From positions 1-10,472 of the forward strand of contig JBDRIL010000015.1 of the NCBI GenBank assembly GCA_043815885.1: a stretch of 10,472 nt of DNA, read 5' to 3'. The stretch comes from an archaeon. GTDB lineage: Archaea > Iainarchaeota > Iainarchaeia > Iainarchaeales > 1-14-0-10-31-34. The first letter of the stretch is position 1. Every line of letters begins with the position of its first letter. A model generated the notes under the pieces. That model searched no databases and was not told the DNA's origin. It saw nothing but the letters and a program-made list of their open reading frames with translations. The translations under genes were made by a program, and so were the position numbers. Of this stretch, positions 7,623 through 10,472 are shown in pieces.

Positions 7623-8537
7623 ATGGTTGATGTATCAATAAGCATTGCTTCTTGGAATACAAGGGAACTGACAAAACAATGCATTGAATCAATTTACATG
7701 GAAACAAAGAAGCATCGCTTTGAAATAATTGTAATAGAGAATGGTTCTACTGACGGAAGCGCTGAAATGATTAAGAAGAATTTTCCAGAAGTAATTCTGA
7801 TTGAAAACAAGGAAAACGTTGGGTTTGGCGGAGCGCACAATCAGGCATTTGGGGTTAGCAAGAGAAGGTATAACTTGATTCTTAATTCTGACACGATAAT
7901 TTTAGATAGAGCAATAGACAAGATGGTTGATTTTTTGGAAAAAAATAGTGATGTTGCTGTAGTAACATGCCTGCTCTTAAACCCAGACAAAACAGTCCAG
8001 CACTTCGTTGATACCTTTCCAACCATCAGGAATCAATTCCTTTACAGGATTCCTTATTTTGAGAGACACCTTAAAGGAGAAGTAAACTTTGATTATTCAA
8101 GGCAACAAGAGGTAGAAAACTTTACTGGGGCATGCTACACTATAAGGAGAAAAGTAATTGATGAAATAGGAACATTTGATAAAGATCTCTTTGCATACAT
8201 GGAGGAAACAACATGGTTTTACAAGATGAAAAAGAAAGGCTTGAAGCTTATTTATTATCCAGAACCAAAAATCATCCATTATGGCGGGGCTTCGACTAAA
8301 ACATGGGAACAAAAACACATCTGGTTTTACATGAATATGCTGACTTTCTTCAAAAAGAATTACGGGTATCCCTACTTAGTTCTCGTAAAACTGTATGTAT
8401 CATTGAGCAATATCCTTGAATTATGTAAGGTGCCTTTTTTATGGATTCTTCCTAAAACCAAAAGAATCAAAAAGGAAAGAGATAAATCAACGCTTGCCTG
8501 GACTCTACTGAAGATTAATTTATTTAAAAGTGTTTGA
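7623..8537 (+). CDS. Glycosyltransferase family 2 (GT-A; WbbL/rhamnosyltransferase-like group)
   Basis: 304 aa. VSISIASWNT, IIVIENGSTDGS, ENVGFGGAHN, LILNSD, GACYTIRR, FDKDLFAYMEE and IIHYGGAST, with a hydrophobic C-terminal segment. Starts 4 nt after the upstream stop. Confidence 0.9.
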   Translation: MVDVSISIASWNTRELTKQCIESIYMETKKHRFEIIVIENGSTDGSAEMIKKNFPEVILIENKENVGFGGAHNQAFGVSKRRYNLILNSDTIILDRAIDKMVDFLEKNSDVAVVTCLLLNPDKTVQHFVDTFPTIRNQFLYRIPYFERHLKGEVNFDYSRQQEVENFTGACYTIRRKVIDEIGTFDKDLFAYMEETTWFYKMKKKGLKLIYYPEPKIIHYGGASTKTWEQKHIWFYMNMLTFFKKNYGYPYLVLVKLYVSLSNILELCKVPFLWILPKTKRIKKERDKSTLAWTLLKINLFKSV

Positions 8538-9239
8538 ATGAAAACAGAAAGAATTTTTGATGAAAAGAAGGAAGTTTATTCAGGGAGAAAGGAATTTGAA
8601 TTAATTAAATTTATTTCTCCTGGACAAAAGGTTTTGGATGTTGGCTGTGCGGATGGGACACTAGGACAAAAAATTAAGAGTGAATTTGGAAATGTGATAG
8701 TTGGGATTGAAGTATCAAAAAAAATGGGAAAAGAGGCAAGGAAGAAACTGGATGCAGTAGTGATTGGGGATGTAGAGGAGATTAATTTAAATCTCAAAAA
8801 AAATTATTTTGATGTAGTTGTTCTTGCAGATATCCTTGAACACTTGAAACAACCTGAAGGAGTAATTAAGAAATTAAATCCTTTTTTGAAGTCTGATGGA
8901 ACGATTATTGTTTCAGTTCCAAATGTAGCAAATATCTTTGTTAGATTGAAATTACTGTTTGGAAAATTTGATTACGAAAAAAGCGGGATAATGGATGAAA
9001 CTCATTTGAGATGGTTTACACTTAAATCACTAAAGGAAATGATGGAGAGGAATGGTTTTAAGGTTGAAAAAACAGAGGGAATCAGGAATGTTCTAGCCTT
9101 AAAAAAATTGCAGGCATTCTTTGATTACTTTAAATTATTGAAACCATATGAAGCGATTGACAAGTTTCTTGCAAATAAATGGAAGAGCCTCTTTGCACAA
9201 CAATTTATTCTTGTTTGCGAGAAGAAAGAAAAAAATTAA
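8538..9239 (+). CDS. Class I SAM-dependent methyltransferase (Methyltransf_23-like; probable glycan O-methyltransferase)
   Basis: 233 aa. VLDVGCADG motif I, VGIE, FDVVVLADILEHL, IIVSVPN and FDYEKSGIMDETHLRWFT, a pattern common in polysaccharide-locus methyltransferases. ATG directly follows the upstream TGA (TGAATG at 8535-8540). Confidence 0.9.
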   Translation: MKTERIFDEKKEVYSGRKEFELIKFISPGQKVLDVGCADGTLGQKIKSEFGNVIVGIEVSKKMGKEARKKLDAVVIGDVEEINLNLKKNYFDVVVLADILEHLKQPEGVIKKLNPFLKSDGTIIVSVPNVANIFVRLKLLFGKFDYEKSGIMDETHLRWFTLKSLKEMMERNGFKVEKTEGIRNVLALKKLQAFFDYFKLLKPYEAIDKFLANKWKSLFAQQFILVCEKKEKN

Positions 9240-10471
9240 TTCAAACCAAATTTTTTATCAATGTATTTCTTAAAGAAGTATTGGAGTACCTTATATTCAA
9301 TTGGAAATGCAAAGAACCTGTGCCTTAACCTGAATTCAGCAGATTTTCTAAAGAGTAAGTGAATAGGTTTGAATTTTGAGTCCTTAAAGTTATCATAGAG
9401 AAAAGTGGTGTAAAGAAAAACAAATCCCTGCAATTGGTCAACGATATCCACGTACTTTTGCGAAACCCATGGGAGATTGGTTTCATTTAGGTTTATTTTG
9501 CTCCATTCCTCTAGGCTTTGGGGTTCAGAGACGCCATTCTGGAGACATACATCGTAAAGAGGAGACCCAGGAAAGGGAGTGTAAATAAAAATACTAATGT
9601 AATGCCTGTTATCTATTTCACTCAGCCTTTCAATTAAATCAAGCAAGCCGTTCAATTGTTTTTTTGTTGCTTCATCCGGGTTCTTTTTTATATTGAATGG
9701 AATGCCAATCATCAAAGAAACAAACAATGTAAGATTATGTCTGTGAGCAATCTTTTTCAATTTAATTGTATCCTCTATTGTTGCTCTTTTGTTAATGAAG
9801 TCAAGAAGTTTTTGGTCTGCGGCTTCCGCCCCAATCAATAAATCACTTAAGCCCGCTCTCTTCATTAAACCCCATAAATCGTCTTCGAATTTAACCAATT
9901 GCTCTGTTCTACCATTGACATTGCCCCACTTGATATTAATTTTTTCTTTTAACAAAATTTCACTGAATTCTTTTACTCTGTTTTTGTCAACAAAAAAATT
10001 ACTGTCAGCAAAACGAATCCCATTGATTTTATAGCTCCTTATTAACTGCTTTATTTCTCTAACAATTCTTTCCGCCTTTAAGCCACTCCATCTTCTCTTA
10101 TGAACCTTTATCTCTGAGCAAAAACCACAGTTAAAGGGGCAACCATAACTTGAAATATAGTCTATCACCCTTTCAGCGTAATGCGTTTTCACAATGTACC
10201 TTTCCATGTCCTTAATTAAAGAGTAATCCATTGGGCGAGTTGAATTAATGTCTTTTATTTCAGCATCTGGAGTTTCTACAGTTTTTCCTTTTTCCTTAAA
10301 AACAATTCCATTTATTTTTTCCAGAGGTTTCCCTGAACATATGGCATCAACTAATTTAACTATTGTTTCCTCGCCCCTGCCTTTTACAGCAATATCCACA
10401 TAAGGAGAGTTAATCGTCTGCCTTGGAAGAATCGATGGATGATAGCCCCCCCAGATTACTGGGATATTTTG
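9236..10471 (-). CDS. Cobalamin (B12)-binding-domain radical SAM protein, 5'-truncated by the window edge; paralog of 6125..7618
   Basis: The protein is encoded on the minus strand although the track labels it '+': the reverse complement of 10397-10399 is GTG, followed by GAT ATT GCT GTA AAA, and the stop is TAA (reverse complement of 9236-9238). The frame stays open past 10399 to the edge (QNIPVIWGGYHPSILPRQTINSPYVDIAVKGRGE), which contains the B12-domain WGGxH motif. SSYGCPFNCGFC is at 10118-10141, followed by DSNFF, IGAE, LMIGIP and TPFPGSPL. Confidence 0.92.
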   Translation of the reverse strand, partial: QNIPVIWGGYHPSILPRQTINSPYVDIAVKGRGEETIVKLVDAICSGKPLEKINGIVFKEKGKTVETPDAEIKDINSTRPMDYSLIKDMERYIVKTHYAERVIDYISSYGCPFNCGFCSEIKVHKRRWSGLKAERIVREIKQLIRSYKINGIRFADSNFFVDKNRVKEFSEILLKEKINIKWGNVNGRTEQLVKFEDDLWGLMKRAGLSDLLIGAEAADQKLLDFINKRATIEDTIKLKKIAHRHNLTLFVSLMIGIPFNIKKNPDEATKKQLNGLLDLIERLSEIDNRHYISIFIYTPFPGSPLYDVCLQNGVSEPQSLEEWSKINLNETNLPWVSQKYVDIVDQLQGFVFLYTTFLYDNFKDSKFKPIHLLFRKSAEFRLRHRFFAFPIEYKVLQYFFKKYIDKKFGLN

Positions 10472-10472
10472 G

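Noticed and set aside
325..8797. Short minus-strand ORFs (61-144 aa) in the track opposite the + strand genes
   Set aside because: They lie antisense to well-supported genes, have the Phe/Ser/Leu/Ile-rich composition expected from the reverse of A-rich coding DNA, and contain no recognisable motifs.
9656..10034. Two short + strand ORFs (61 and 81 aa)
   Set aside because: They are antisense shadows of the minus-strand radical SAM gene. The Cys content of 9656..9841 suggested a peptide precursor, but it has a TTG start, no RBS and is fully nested.
10446..10452. C7 run (G7 on the coding strand) as a phase-variation tract
   Set aside because: It is short, in frame, and explained by the conserved W-G-G codons of the B12-binding domain.

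Overview
AT-rich prokaryotic window that is almost entirely coding: a surface-glycan or glycolipid biosynthesis and tailoring locus. Nine tightly coupled + strand genes are present: the C-terminal part of a membrane protein, then GT4, Trm112-fused SAM methyltransferase, GT4, cobalamin-binding radical SAM, GT9, cobalamin-binding radical SAM, GT2 and a SAM methyltransferase. They converge on a third cobalamin-binding radical SAM gene. The supplied ORF track labels that last ORF (9236..10399) '+', but it reads only on the minus strand and runs off the right edge of the window. Notable points: (i) glycosyltransferases strictly alternate with methylating/radical enzymes; (ii) three B12-radical SAM genes sit inside a glycan locus; (iii) all four glycosyltransferases have substitutions at usually conserved sugar-binding residues; (iv) the convergent genes share a TTAA double stop. 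No RNA genes, CRISPR arrays or mobile elements were seen. The host cannot be established; an archaeon or a candidate-phylum bacterium is plausible. Family calls come from motif recognition by eye, not from database searches.
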